Shown in pieces: positions 1 to 11,941 of a DNA stretch of 64,000 bases (its first letter is position 1; every line of letters begins with the position of its first letter). Below the pieces are notes generated by a model that had not been told where the DNA came from, ran no database searches, and saw nothing but the letters and a program-made list of their open reading frames with translations. The position numbers were made by a program, and so were the translations under genes. The stretch covers positions 1 to 64,000 of the forward strand of contig CDMY01000481.1 in the NCBI GenBank assembly GCA_001179505.1, in the 5' to 3' direction. The DNA is from Vitrella brassicaformis CCMP3155. Lineage: Eukaryota > Protista > Chromerida.

Positions 1-1163
1 GTATGCGGTGCATCCATCCATCCGCCGTCCGTCTGTATGGTGTGTGTGCACATCAAACACGACCCCCCCACACACGCATCCACCCCCTGGCTCTCTGTTT
101 CCGTACATGGGTTTTTGGCCGACTTGCCTGGGACCTGTAGGCACGAGTATTAGGTGTTTGCCTTCCCCTTAACCTATTCTGTAAACTGCCAGCTAACATA
201 GGGTGCCATTGGGCGTTTCCACAAGGTTGCACCCTCTATATCACTTCATCGCACTGAGCACCTCAATACCCTCCGTGATGCATCCCCCACTTCTCACACA
301 CGCAAGGCCATCCGCTCAAAGTCGGCACACGTGATGTCTGTGACACCATTAGCCACCTCACAGCTTCCCACCCTCCTGCGTCCAACACACACCGAGTTCC
401 GTCTGTCTGAGACTCGTGCGCGGGTGTGTCTGCCACATGCTGCTACACACCAACCGCATTCACCGATTTCGCAAACCCAACGCCTCCTTGGTGGTCAGAT
501 GAGCATGGCAGCAGCCTCCACACGCATTTGCAATGGAAAAAGTTCCCCCGCACAGCGATCGCCAGACCTTGCGAGCTTAGACCTCGAGGAGGGGACAAGG
601 GAAGACACCGCCTTCACAGATCAGCAGCAGAGAGGCTCACAAACGCACACAGGAAGGCCACCAACACGTGCAGGCAGAAGGGCTCTCACTGCCTCTCAGC
701 TGACATTTCTCTCTCTCTCTCTCTCTCTGTCTTTGAAGCCGCCGTGATTTGGCTGCCGAGCTCACTTACTACACAGCGGATCACCAGCAGCGGCCAACCT
801 TCGTAAAGATCACGTTTATTCTCTCCCGGATCTCTCCGAGTGGAGGCAGGCATGAAGCCGCCTGCGTTCGTGAGCGTCGCTCCTCCAGCCACGGCTGATC
901 CCCCAGACGTCCTCAGACAATCATCTTCTGAACTGGACGTCCCGATGAAAAAGCCAGCGGAGTCATCGGAGCACCAAGGGGAGGCTGAAGGAGATGGCGA
1001 GGGCGGCACTCGGCTGTCAGATATCCCCACCACCGTCTCGACATCGGTCTCCACCCCTGCAATGGACGGCCGGGTTCCGCTTGACGACGAGGATGCTTCG
1101 CCTGAGGAGGCTGATCTGTGGGGCTTTCTGGTGCTGCGGATTGGCTGTGTGACCTTTTGGCTG
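1..1163 (+). repeat. Near-identical direct duplicate of 5216-6369 (upstream region plus 5' part of the multi-TM gene)
   Basis: Position 1 gtatgcggtgcatcc matches 5216; identity continues through ATG 852/6058 to ...ccttttggctg at 1163/6369; the ORF track shows paired near-identical ORFs (331/5545, 840/6046). Confidence 0.95.
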
Positions 1164-1211
1164 TTCTCCGTGCATCGACCAACCCGACGGGTGGAAGGGA
1201 TCTCCCGATGA
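852..1211 (+). pseudogene. Truncated, internally deleted copy of the intronless multi-TM membrane protein gene
   Basis: MKPPAFVSVAPP... nearly identical to the 6058 copy up to VTFWL, then jumps to sequence matching 6771-6807 and stops. Confidence 0.85.
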
Positions 1212-1528
1212 TGAGAAGAAAGTGCCTCAGAGGGTAGTCCGTCAGCCAAAGGTCACACAGCCAGTCCGCAGCACCAGAAAGCCCCACAGATCAGCCTCCT
1301 CAGGCGAAGCATCGTCCACTGCAGGGGTGGAGACCGATGTCGAGACAGTGGTGGGGATGTCTGAGAGCCGAGTGCCGCCTTTGCCATCTCCTTCAGCCTC
1401 CGGCTGGTGCTCTGAGGACTCCGCTGGCCTTTTCATCGGGACGTCCACTTCAGAAGATGATTGTCTGAGGACGTCTGGGGGATCAGCCGTGGCAGGAGGA
1501 GCGACGCTGACGAACATGGGCGGCTTCC
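1208..1528 (-). pseudogene. Inverted third fragment of the same gene's 5' end
   Basis: Reverse complement matches ~6060-6404 (ORF 1242-1517 MFVSVAPPATADPPDVLRQ...) with substitutions and a short deletion. Confidence 0.9.
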
Positions 1529-1563
1529 TGTCGTTTTTCTCGGCCTGACGCGAGTCCCGTTAA

Positions 1564-1623
1564 ACACAATAACCAACCAACCACAATAACCAACCAACCA
1601 ACCACACAATAACCAACCAACCA
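1564..1623. repeat. Short tandem repeat (acaataaccaaccaacc)x3 at the rearrangement junction
   Basis: Three consecutive imperfect units are directly visible. Confidence 0.8.
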
Positions 1624-1724
1624 CACCCCCTCAGAAATGCGCCATCAAGTTCAGCCGTTCAGCACCGGCCACCCTCTCACTTCTTCAGCTCCAGCGCTGC
1701 TGCTCTCAGGTTGCCCCGTTTGCA

Positions 1725-2931
1725 ATGTCTGATGCCGCTGCTTCAAGCGACACCAGGCGGCCGGGGAGCTGGCGACGGCGAGGTGCGCGCACAGCAAGAG
1801 GACATGCGTGTCTGCGTCATTGCCATGTTCATGGGGGTGTGTGTGTGTGCAGAGCGGCAGCAATATGAGAGACGAATAGCTGAGCTCGAAGCCGAGAGGG
1901 ATACATACAAACGTGAGCGAGACGCTGCTCTGGAAGAGCTGCGAGAGCTGCGAACACGGCTGGCTCAAGATGATCACAAGACTCTCCGCGAGGTAGCCCA
2001 TCAGGGCCGTCTCTATCGCGGCACTATGGTGGATGACTTGCCTCACGGCTCGGGAGTGCTGTACGCGATGGATGGCGAGACCAAGATCTACGAGGGCGAG
2101 TGGCAAGATGGCACGAGGCATGGCCAGGGAAAGGAGTTCACTGATGACAAGATGACCTACAAGGGTGCGTGGGCAGACGGAGAGAAGGTGGGAGATGGCG
2201 AGGCGACGGGCATGCAGTGGGAACGGTGCTGTAGCTACTACGGGAAGACAATCGACGGCAAACCACACGGCGAGGGGGAGCTGCTACAAGGCGAGAGTGT
2301 CATATACAGAGGCCGGTGGAAAGACGGAAAGCGGAACGGCAAAGGAGATGAGTTCGTTGACGGCCGGCTGATCTACACAGGCACCTGGTTTTGCGGCAAG
2401 CGAACGGGTCGTGGGGCAGAGTTCAGCCAAGGCGGCGAATTGATCTATGAGGGGAGCTGGCACAACGGAGAGAGGACCTACAGACGAGAAGGGAAGGTGG
2501 GCGGCATGGAACTCAAGGGAGATCAGGGGGAGTTGCTGGGCTATTACTCTGGAGCCATATACTATGGGAGACCACACGGCGAGGGAGAGCTGCGAGATGG
2601 TGGCGACAACAGAGTCGTCTACAAGGGCGGATGGAGAAACGGCATGCGGCACGGCCACGGCAAGGCATACTACCACTGGAATGGTCCTGTGTTGTGGTTT
2701 CGTGGCGAATGGCGGCACGACAGAATCCACAGCGGTGCTCTCTTCCCGGACGGCAACTGGAGTGGGGAAAGGGAGCAAGATGGAATGCCGGTGTTTCCGG
2801 CTGACATCACAATGTGGCAGGGGGGAGAAGCGATGACTGATATCAACGTGCCGGGGAGCGGATGGACGGTGGCGGAGCTGTTACGGGATCGCGGTGTGTC
2901 GGTGTATCTTCCTGTCGGTGCACTGGGATAG
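1725..2931 (+). CDS. MORN-repeat protein with N-terminal coiled coil (2 exons: 1725-1782, 1853-2931)
   Basis: Repeated YxGxWxxGxRxGxG motifs (YEGEWQDGTRHGQG, YRGRWKDGKRNGKG, YKGGWRNGMRHGHG); the GT-AG intron 1783-1852 joins ATG 1725 in frame. Confidence 0.9.
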
Positions 2932-3210
2932 GAAGGGCGTTTTGCTTCGGTGGCTGTGTGTGTGTATGTGTCGAATCATGGTGCGCATACACAGAGAGGA
3001 AGAGAGAAGCCACTGCGGTGTGTGTGGTGTGTGTGCTGATGCCAGTCGGTGTGGCTGTGTGGTTGACGTTTGTCAGACCGTTTCATAGGTGCGTGAATGC
3101 CTGCCTAGACCTGTGCGTGGTGTATGTATAGTCCTTGTCTCTCTGTCCTTGCCTGCCACACACACGTCTTCTCTCGGTTGGTGCCTTGTCTGTGTCTGCC
3201 TTGATCGTTA

Positions 3211-4201
3211 CAGTAAGTATCGCTTAAAGCAATCAGTACAGGGCTGATTGCTTTAGACGTTTGATTGGTTTATACGGACAAGCAAGTGATATCGATTGGT
3301 TTATCTTCTGCTTGTTTTCTGCGGGGTTTCTCGACGTGAATGACTCACCGGAGCCACCCTCCATCGCATTGACCTTTTTTTTTCCCGCTCAAATGCCTCT
3401 GAAATGACGAAAAACCATCCGTTCTCTCACTCATTCAATCAGCCTGCAGACGGCTGCGAGGCCTTTCGGTGTCTCCGAGTGTCTGATTCACCATTGACCT
3501 CCACATATATATACACCGCTCAAAGTGATGCAATCCGAGCTTTTTTGCAAGAAGATTCGTCGCCAACACACGGAAAAGGCATGAACAGCAGGCATGACAG
3601 CAACCATGCCATACATCGGCCAAAATCGGTCAAAGTTCCTGGCCGGCCGCCGCCTGCAGCAGTGAATGCACCACACGAAATGACCTTCAAATCGCTCGTG
3701 CGACGGGTGGGTGGGTGGGTGAGAGCGTGAAGGGAGAGGAGGGAAGGGGAGGAGGGAAACTGACCGGTCACATCAGGGCCGCACAAACGTGTGTTCGGCT
3801 GGATGAATGCCGTGAGATGCCTCAGATGACTCGATTGTCCCTCCTGTGTCACAAATGGGCCTTCGCTGCCTCGGGCGTCATTGATTCTCTTTACATCGTG
3901 ATCAACCTCGCCAAGCAAACTCACCCTCTGGAATGATTCATCTCAGAGCATGCCCATCAAGATGTCTGTGTTTCTCCATGGAACCGCTCTTTCATCGGTC
4001 CGCTCTTTCACAGTGGGGTGCTCCATCGTCTTGCGGTCATTTTGAGCTATGAATGGTTGGTTTGGATGGCTGATTTGGGTCTGTTTGTGAGGTGATTGGT
4101 TTATGCGAGTCATTTTGCTTGTGTACAGAGTGATCGGGCTGGGCTGATTGCTTAACGGAAATGATTGGTTTATACGGTGATTGCTTAACCGATACTTACT
4201 G
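3211..4201. mobile_element. Non-autonomous TIR DNA transposon (MITE-like), Tc1/mariner-type ends
   Basis: TA|CAGTAAGTATCG at 3209-3222 and CGATACTTACTG|TA ending at 4203; ~25-bp imperfect TIR; repeated TGATTG(C/G) subterminal motifs; no transposase ORF. Confidence 0.8.
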
Positions 4202-4724
4202 TATACGACTGACACAGCTGAATTCGTTATTATGTCGAACGGACAATTATTGAAAACGGACTTCTTGCATCAGTCAAATGATCCGAATGCGCGCTTGCAG
4301 TGGAGTGCTTGTGCGAAACCCACAAACGACGCAAGCACGAACCACCTTGCCATTCTGCAATGACACGGCGTCAGTTGAGTCACACGAGTGTGTGCTTGTC
4401 AGTCAGTCAAGCAATGTGATATCAATCAATGATGGGTCATTGTCATTCAATTCATTCAGTGAATCACTGCATCACTGCAGACAACCTTTCTGGGTTGCTT
4501 CGCGTGAGAGACGGCCGTGATCCTGTCAGGCTGGCCACGAGATGTGGGTGGATGGGTGCCTCATTACACCTATGTATGGTCGTCTCAGCCGAGGTTCGAG
4601 TGAGGCAATGGCTGTCAAGCCGAGGTTGGGGAGGTGGCTTATCGACCGGAACTCAGAAGGTGAGGAGAGGGGCGATGAGGACGGAAAACATGGAGGGCGT
4701 CATCTTGCTTTGTGTGTGATAATA

Positions 4725-5110
4725 GGGAGAGCCATCGGTGGTATGATGGATGGCACGCTGTTGGGCACTTATGTATGTATGTAAGGGGGACGTGTGGTGT
4801 TTCCTGCTAATGGGATTGACAAGAGGCTGGCTATATATTTTTCTCCCGGTCAATCGGACAGGGAGGGACCCAAACGATCGGAGGATTCCACCGGCAGCCG
4901 CAGGACCAAAGTGGCTGTGCGTACGGATCTACGCGGGTACGTGTGTGTGTGCAGATCCATGCATGTCAGTCAGACGCTTTTTTGCGTTTCGCAGCCGGCG
5001 CAAAGAAGGGTGTATAGTTTCATGCCTTTCGCCTGCTTAGACTTGCCCTGATTGAGGCGCCTTTTCTTTTGGCTCGTTGACATGCACGTCTGTGATATGT
5101 ATGTGTCGTT
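4725..5110 (+). repeat. Diverged paralog of the 3' end/flank of the multi-TM gene (7577-7880)
   Basis: Shared blocks gggagagccatcggt, ttgggcacttatgt, tcaatcggacagggagggacccaaacgatcgg, gtcagacgctt, gacatgcacgtctgtgatatgtatgtgtcgtt. Confidence 0.85.
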
Positions 5111-6057
5111 AAGCTCTCGTGACATGAAACTTGGCTTGAGGCCTTCTTTTTCTCTTTTGCTCGTCGACATGTGACATCTGTCGTTACGTGTGTGTTGTGT
5201 GCGTGTCTCAGTCGTGTATGCGGTGCATCCATCCATCCGCCGTCCGTCTGTATGGTGTGTGTGCACATCAAACACGACCCCCCCACACACGCATCCACCC
5301 CCTGGCTCTCTGTTTCCGTACATGGGTTTTTGGCCGACTTGCCTGGGACCTGTAGGCACGAGTATTAGGTGTTTGCCTTCCTCTTAACCTGTTCTGTAAA
5401 CTGCCAGCTAACATAGGGTGCCATTCGTCATTTCCACAAGGTTGCACCCTCTATATTACTTCACCGCACTGAGCACCTCAATACCCTCCGTGATGCATCC
5501 CCACTTCTCACACACGCAAGGCCATCCGCTCAAAGTCGGCACACGTGATGTCTGTGACACCACTAGCCACCTCACAGCTTCCCACCCTCCTGCGTCCAAC
5601 ACACACCGAGTTCCGTCTGTCTGAGACTCGTGCGCGGGTGTGTCTGCCACATGCTGCTACACACCAACCGCATTCACCGATTTCGCAAACCCAACGCCTC
5701 CTTGGTGGTCAGATGAGCATGGCAGCAGCCTCCACACGCATTTGCAATGGAAAAAGTTCCCCCGCACAGCGATCGCCAGACCCTGCGAGCTTAGACCTCG
5801 AGGAGGGGACAAGGGAAGCCACCGCCTTCACAGATCAGCAGCAGAGAGGCTCACAAACGCACACAGGAAGGCCACCAACACGTGCAGGCAGAAGGGCTCT
5901 CACTGCCTCTCAGCTGACATTTCTCTCTCTCTCTCTCTTTGAAGCCGCCGTGATGTGGCTGCCGAGCTCACTTACTACACAGCGGATCACCAGCAGCGGC
6001 CAACCTTCGTAAAGATCACGTTTATTCTCTCCCGGATCTCTCCGAGTGGAGGCAGGC

Positions 6058-7595
6058 ATGAAGCCGCCTGCGTTCGTGAGCGTCGCTCCTCCCGCCACGG
6101 CTGATCCCCCAGACGTCCTCAGACAATCATCTTCTGAACTGGACGTCCCAACGGAAAAGCCAGCGGAGTCATCGGAGCACCAAGGGGAGGCTGAAGGAGA
6201 TGGCGAGGGCGACACTCGGCTCTCAGATATCCCCACCACCGTCTCGACATCGGTCTCCACCCCTGCAATGGACGGCCGGGTTCCGCTTGACGACGAGGAT
6301 GCTTCGCCTGAGGAGGCTGATCTGTGGGGCTTTCTGGTGCTGCGGATTGGCTGTGTGACCTTTTGGCTGACGGACTACCCTCTGAGGCATTTCCTTCTCA
6401 TCATCGGCCTTATCGTGATCTATGCACTCTGGTGCTGGGGTGGCGTCATCTACATTTTCCCTTTCCTTTATGACGGCGAGCTTGGGATAACCGCGCTTGG
6501 GATAACGTTCGGATTGATTCTGATTTTGGCACCGCCCTTTCTGATGGTCCTCGCTGGATTGGGAAGTCTGTGCGAGAGCAATCGTTGGATGCGTCATCTA
6601 TTTCTCGATTTTCCTCATCGTTGTCATCTATCTCTCGGCTCGTCGGCAGCTCAGCCCTCTCTACGAAACGACTAACGAACCAGGCTGGCGCTTCGGCACA
6701 CTGGCGTGGCTGACTGGTGCGGTCCTCATACAGTTTACCCTCTTCATTGTCATCTCGGAGCCGCGTGTTATCCGTGCATCGACCAAATCGACGGGTGGGA
6801 GGGACCTGGACGTCGATGACGACCGGCTCTCATGCTGCGGCCGTCGGGCAGGGTGGCGACCCTCGGCGATCGCCGAGCGCATAGCCAAGGCTCGGGAAAC
6901 AGAGCCCTTCCTCTACCGCTCGTGATCAAGCGGTGGCTCAAATGGGTAGACTTTCTCACCTTCATTCGCCTCTACAAGTTAGTGAACGATGCAATCAAGG
7001 AAAGTACACTTCGATGCGTTCTCTGTGTTGATCTGCTCAGATTGCTGGCCGTTGTGGGGATGGCCGTGGACTTCATTACTGATGCGGAGGTGGGGGTGGA
7101 ATTGATGAACCGAGGGGTATCTATTCTTGGATCTATTCCGAGGGATGAAGATGATGAGGGCGTGATCACCACGATGAGAGAAAAAGCGGAAGGCTACCAA
7201 GCTGTTGGCCTCGTCATCTTGGGCTTATCGCTGGCGGACGTCGCATCGCTGTTCATTCACTATGCCATTCGCGGCTCTCCATCACTATACCAACACATCT
7301 GGATTGCGGCCCTTCCATGCTGGAAGTGCCCATCTTGGTGCTGACAATTGTGTGGGCGACGGAGGCTATTAATCCGATACTCTTCATCGTGTCTGCCTTC
7401 TTCACTCTTGTGACGGTTCTATCTGGAGTCGGGCCCTTTGCGTGGAGCGTGTTTGTGCGGCGAAAGATCGGGGCGACTGCAAAGAATACTCACGAGGTGA
7501 GCAAAGAAGGGCGAGCGGGAAACGAGAGTGAAGCCAAGAAAAGATATCAGTCATGTTTGTGTGATAATTGTCAGGGAGAGCCATCGGTCGTATGA
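6058..7595 (+). pseudogene. Intronless multi-pass membrane protein of unknown family, frameshifted
   Basis: Hydrophobic segments continue across frame switches at ~6580, ~6920 and ~7317 (FLLIIGLIVIYALWCW / GCVIYFSIFLIVVIYL / LLAVVGMAVDFITD / LEVPILVLTIVW); no introns. Confidence 0.75.
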
Positions 7596-8329
7596 TTTTG
7601 GCTCACTCTTGGGCACTTATGTGTGTCTGTATGGGCAAAGTGTGGTATTTGGTGCTGTTCTCTCCCAGTCAATCGGACAGGGAGGGACCCAAACGATCGG
7701 TGGGTGGACGAGTGGATGTGTGTGCAGATGCATGTTAGTCAGTCAGACGCTTCTTTGCGTTCTGCAGCCAGCGCAAAGAAAGGTGTGTAGTTTTATGCTT
7801 TTGGTCGTGCTTTTAGTCTTGCCTCGATTGAGGCCCCTTTTTTGTCTCATCGACATGCACGTCTGTGATATGTATGTGTCGTTAGCTACGCTCGCTTGAT
7901 GTCGCTGGTCGATATGTGTGCGCTTCCGGACCGACCGATGGCTGGCTGGCTGGCTGGCTGGCTGAATGGCTGGCAGATATTTGATGTCGTCGTGGTGTCT
8001 TGGCAGCGATTTGATGAATGGCTGACGTGATGGATTTACCTCTGTGTGTGTGAATGTATGTGTGTCAACACGTGTAAGTGTGCGTGTGTGTGCTGTGTGC
8101 GTCTGTCTGTCTGTGTATGGGTCGATGTGTGGTGTCTGTTGTTCCGGCCTAAGTGTCTGTCTGTCTCGTGTGCGTGTTTATGCATCACAAACAACCCCCC
8201 GCACACCCATCGACCCTGCACCCACCCAACGGTTGTTTCTCTCTCTCTCTTTGCGTGCGAAGGCGGGGCCCGAAGGCCCGAGCGTGCCTCGTTCGTGTGT
8301 GTGTGCCTCCCTCGTGTGTGCATCACATA

Positions 8330-8990
8330 CACCGCCCCCGTACACCCACTCACCCCCCAGCTGCACTCTTCGGTTGTCTCTGCCTCTCTCTCTGTGTCCA
8401 TGGGTTTTTCGCCGACTTTCCTGCGACCTACAGCCATGGGTATTAAGAGTTAGACCTTATCTCAAGTTGTTCTGTAAACTGCGAACCACCATTGGTTCGC
8501 CATTCGCCCTTTCCACTAGGTTGCATCTCTCACCACTTCACCGCACACAGCACCTCGATATGTACCCTCCGTGCTGCACACCCACTTTTCACACACGCAA
8601 CACCAGCCGCCCAACCGCCGCGCACAGGACGCCTGTGACACCAGCAGCCATTCCTCAGCTTCCCACCCTCCTGCGTGCGTTGGACACTCATCGAATTCTC
8701 TCTGTGTGAATAATGTGTGGTGCGTCTGCCATGTGCTGCTGCACATGCGCATTCACGAAATTCGCAAACCCCACATAGCGTCATTAGGGTTTGGATGAGC
8801 ACGTCAGCGGTCTCCCCGCCTACCTGCAATGGGAAAAAACCTCGGCACACCGATCGGCAAACCCTGCGAGCTTAGAAGTGCGAAAAAGGGAGGCCGCACA
8901 AACTGCACAGATCAGCAGCAGAGAGGCTCACTCACACGAAGGCCACACACGCAGCCAGAAGGCTCCTCATGCAGCTGACATTTCTCTCTG
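8330..8990 (+). repeat. Diverged third copy of the upstream region found at 60-720 and 5280-5930
   Basis: Collinear matches catgggttttt..., ttctgtaaactg, cagcttcccaccctcctgcgt, ttcgcaaaccc, ctgcgagcttaga, gcagctgacatttctctct. Confidence 0.8.
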
Positions 8991-11175
8991 TGTTGTGTGA
9001 TCTGTCGGTTTGTGTGTGAAGACAGAGATGGCCGTGTTGCGCGAAGACCCGGAGGCTCATTCATTTGGCTGTCAACGGATTGCTCTCGGTAAGCGAATCG
9101 TTATGGGCCGGCTTTCTTCTGTCTGTCTGTGTGCTGGCTTTAATTGCCTTTCTGACCCTCCCTCCCTCCCTCTCCCATCTCTGCAGGTGCGTCACACCAT
9201 CTGTGGGTGTGCCCCGGTCCATCCAATACATGAGTCAAGTGCACCAGTCCAGTGGCCACACAGGTGCGAAGAGAGAGGACAGGAGCACACACACAGCAGG
9301 AGCACCAACCAACCCTGGCACAAATTTCACTTTTCTGACTGTAGGGTGACCCTTGCCAGCCGCCTGCAGGCCGATAGAGGACTGATAGACAAGAAACCAG
9401 ACCACAATATCGATCATGCGGGGTCACTACTGACCCTAATACCATCGAGAAAATCTCCCGTTCTCACTTGACGCATGTGAGCCACCCACACACACACTGA
9501 CCTGCACACTCACTCACCCATGTGTATCTCAGCAATGAGTGGACATGTGGGGGTGTCTTGGGCATGAGAATGACGGCAGGTGAGTGCTCGAGACGGTCAT
9601 ATATAGTGACGCTCTTTGTGAGGACCTGACGCTCTTGCTTTTGGCTGCTTGTGTGTGGGGTGCAGGGCTTTGCGGAGATTGGAGGCTTGCAATGCGAAGA
9701 CAAGTGTGTATGGTGCCTGTCTGTCTGTCTGTCTGTCTGGTGCATGAGTGATCGATCGATCGCGGGAGACGAGCGCTTCAGTGAACTGACCTTGAGGCAA
9801 TAGCTCTTCCCCTGCTGCAGTGAAGTAAGCACGCCATGTGTGCACTCGATGGATGACGGATGGATGATGAAGCCAACAAGGCTTCGGACAGTTTTGCGGT
9901 CTTGACTGTACTGTTTGTTGCACTGTTCTCTCTCTCTCCCTCTGTCTCTCTCTCTGTCTCTCTGTCTCTCTCTCGCTTTCTCCATCCGTGTATGTGTGTC
10001 TGTGAGTGTGAGTGTGAGTGTGTGTGATGCGGTGGTGGTATGGTGTCCGGCTGTGGGTCGACTGCATCGCTCATTGTGATGATGCAACCCCCGCGAGCCA
10101 TGCATGAGTGTCTGTCTTGCGTGCGTGTGTGTGGCTTTCTTTATTTGTGCTGTCCGGCAGTGCGTTCTCCTTTTTGCTCTTCCCGGTCGGTCCGGATCTC
10201 GTTCCTCTTTTGGCCTTTTCTGACAGACATCCCAAACGAGCGGCCTCTTCTCTTTTTTGTGAACCTCTTTCTGACGTGCGTGCCTCCCTCCTGAGAGCTC
10301 GGTGCCGCTCGCTACACCATACCATTCCCGTGTCGATGCGAACCAATCACTACGGCGCCCATATGGTATTGTGCGTATTGTGTCTGTGGATGTGCGTGCC
10401 TCTTTCCCCCCATTGTGTATACTCCCGTCGATCTTGTGAGTGTTTTGTTATGGGAGGTGCAACTAGAGGGGGCGGGGCCACGATGATCGAAGGAGGCAAC
10501 TCTGACTGACCCGAGCTGGATCGAATATTAGCGTTATCATTGTTCTTTCCTGCATGCATGCAACAATGGGTGTCTGCATCACCCCCTGCCTGCCTGCATC
10601 AATCGGTATCGCTCCCTGTGCGTGTGTATGGTCGTGTGTGCGTGTGTATGGCTTTATAACGCCCATGGCTGACTGGCAGGGGTGAGGATGATTGGATTAG
10701 TGTGCGTGGACAGACCTACATTGTGTGTGCTGTGCCGAGTTGTGCCTTTGTCGATGGTCGATAGCACTCACTCAACGACTTACAGATTGAATTGCACACC
10801 TTGAACACTATCGAAATAGTCATGCATTCACAGCAAAGACACAACACATATCACCCACACACACACCCATTCACCCCCTGCACCCACCGATTGTCTCTCC
10901 ATGGGTTTTTGGCCGGATTTCCTGCGACCTAGAGAGAGACAGCAGAGCCCAATGAGAGGAGAGGAAGATGCGCCCAATGATGTCGTCGTCATGGCCTCCC
11001 TCTGTGCCGCACATAGCCAAAAAAGGCGGGCGGGCAGTGCGCATACCTGTTTCATTTTGCGCGTTTGTCCCTCCATCCATTCGAGCAGTTTGACAGTGAC
11101 CCCCTCACTCAGGCACCTGGATTAGTGTACGCACATATGTGACCGAAACATGTTCTTGGGTGTCATCTTGGATGT

Positions 11176-11210
<35 letters not shown>

Positions 11211-11869
11211 AATACAGGAATGCACCATGGTTGCTTCCTCGCTCCACGACTCGCCCACCAGTTCGTCTCGGCACCGCTTGCGCCCTCTCTCACGATTCGT
11301 GTCGTCCGTCTCATCCCTAAGGCTCATCCTGTATAGCACACGACACCTTGACGCTAGTGCTCTCTTTCCCATCCTTCATGTATTTTTCCTTTATGTGATG
11401 GCCTGCCTCAGGTGTCAGTCAACAGGACGGACATATTTGTGACTCTGGTTTGGTACTTTCTCACGCCAGTAAATGTGCGTGTCTAAAGTCTCTCTACCTG
11501 TCTCTCCACACATAGCGACCGAAATGCTGACCGTCCAGAGAGACACCACCCAACATATACATTGAAATCACCCGCACGATAACGGCGGCATTGCCCTGCG
11601 CTCATTTGGGGGATGGCGAACGGTTGGATTCATTTGCACGCATCTTCAATGATTCTGTCTTCTTGAACAGTGCAAATGTATGAAGTTTGATATATGCCTT
11701 TACGCTCGCGTCTGTCTGACTGTCTGCTGTGTAGCCATCATGAATACGTCCATCATTCATGATACTGTCGCGTGCATGTCGCGTGCATGCATCCATGCGT
11801 CTACACACTCGATGCAACAGATGAACCGTACAGACATACACCTACATACACAAGTACACATGTATGGCA

Positions 11870-11889
11870 TGTCTGTCTGTCTGCCTGTG

Positions 11890-11941
<52 letters not shown>
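11870..11941. repeat. (GTCT)n microsatellite
   Basis: Directly visible tetranucleotide run. Confidence 0.95.
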
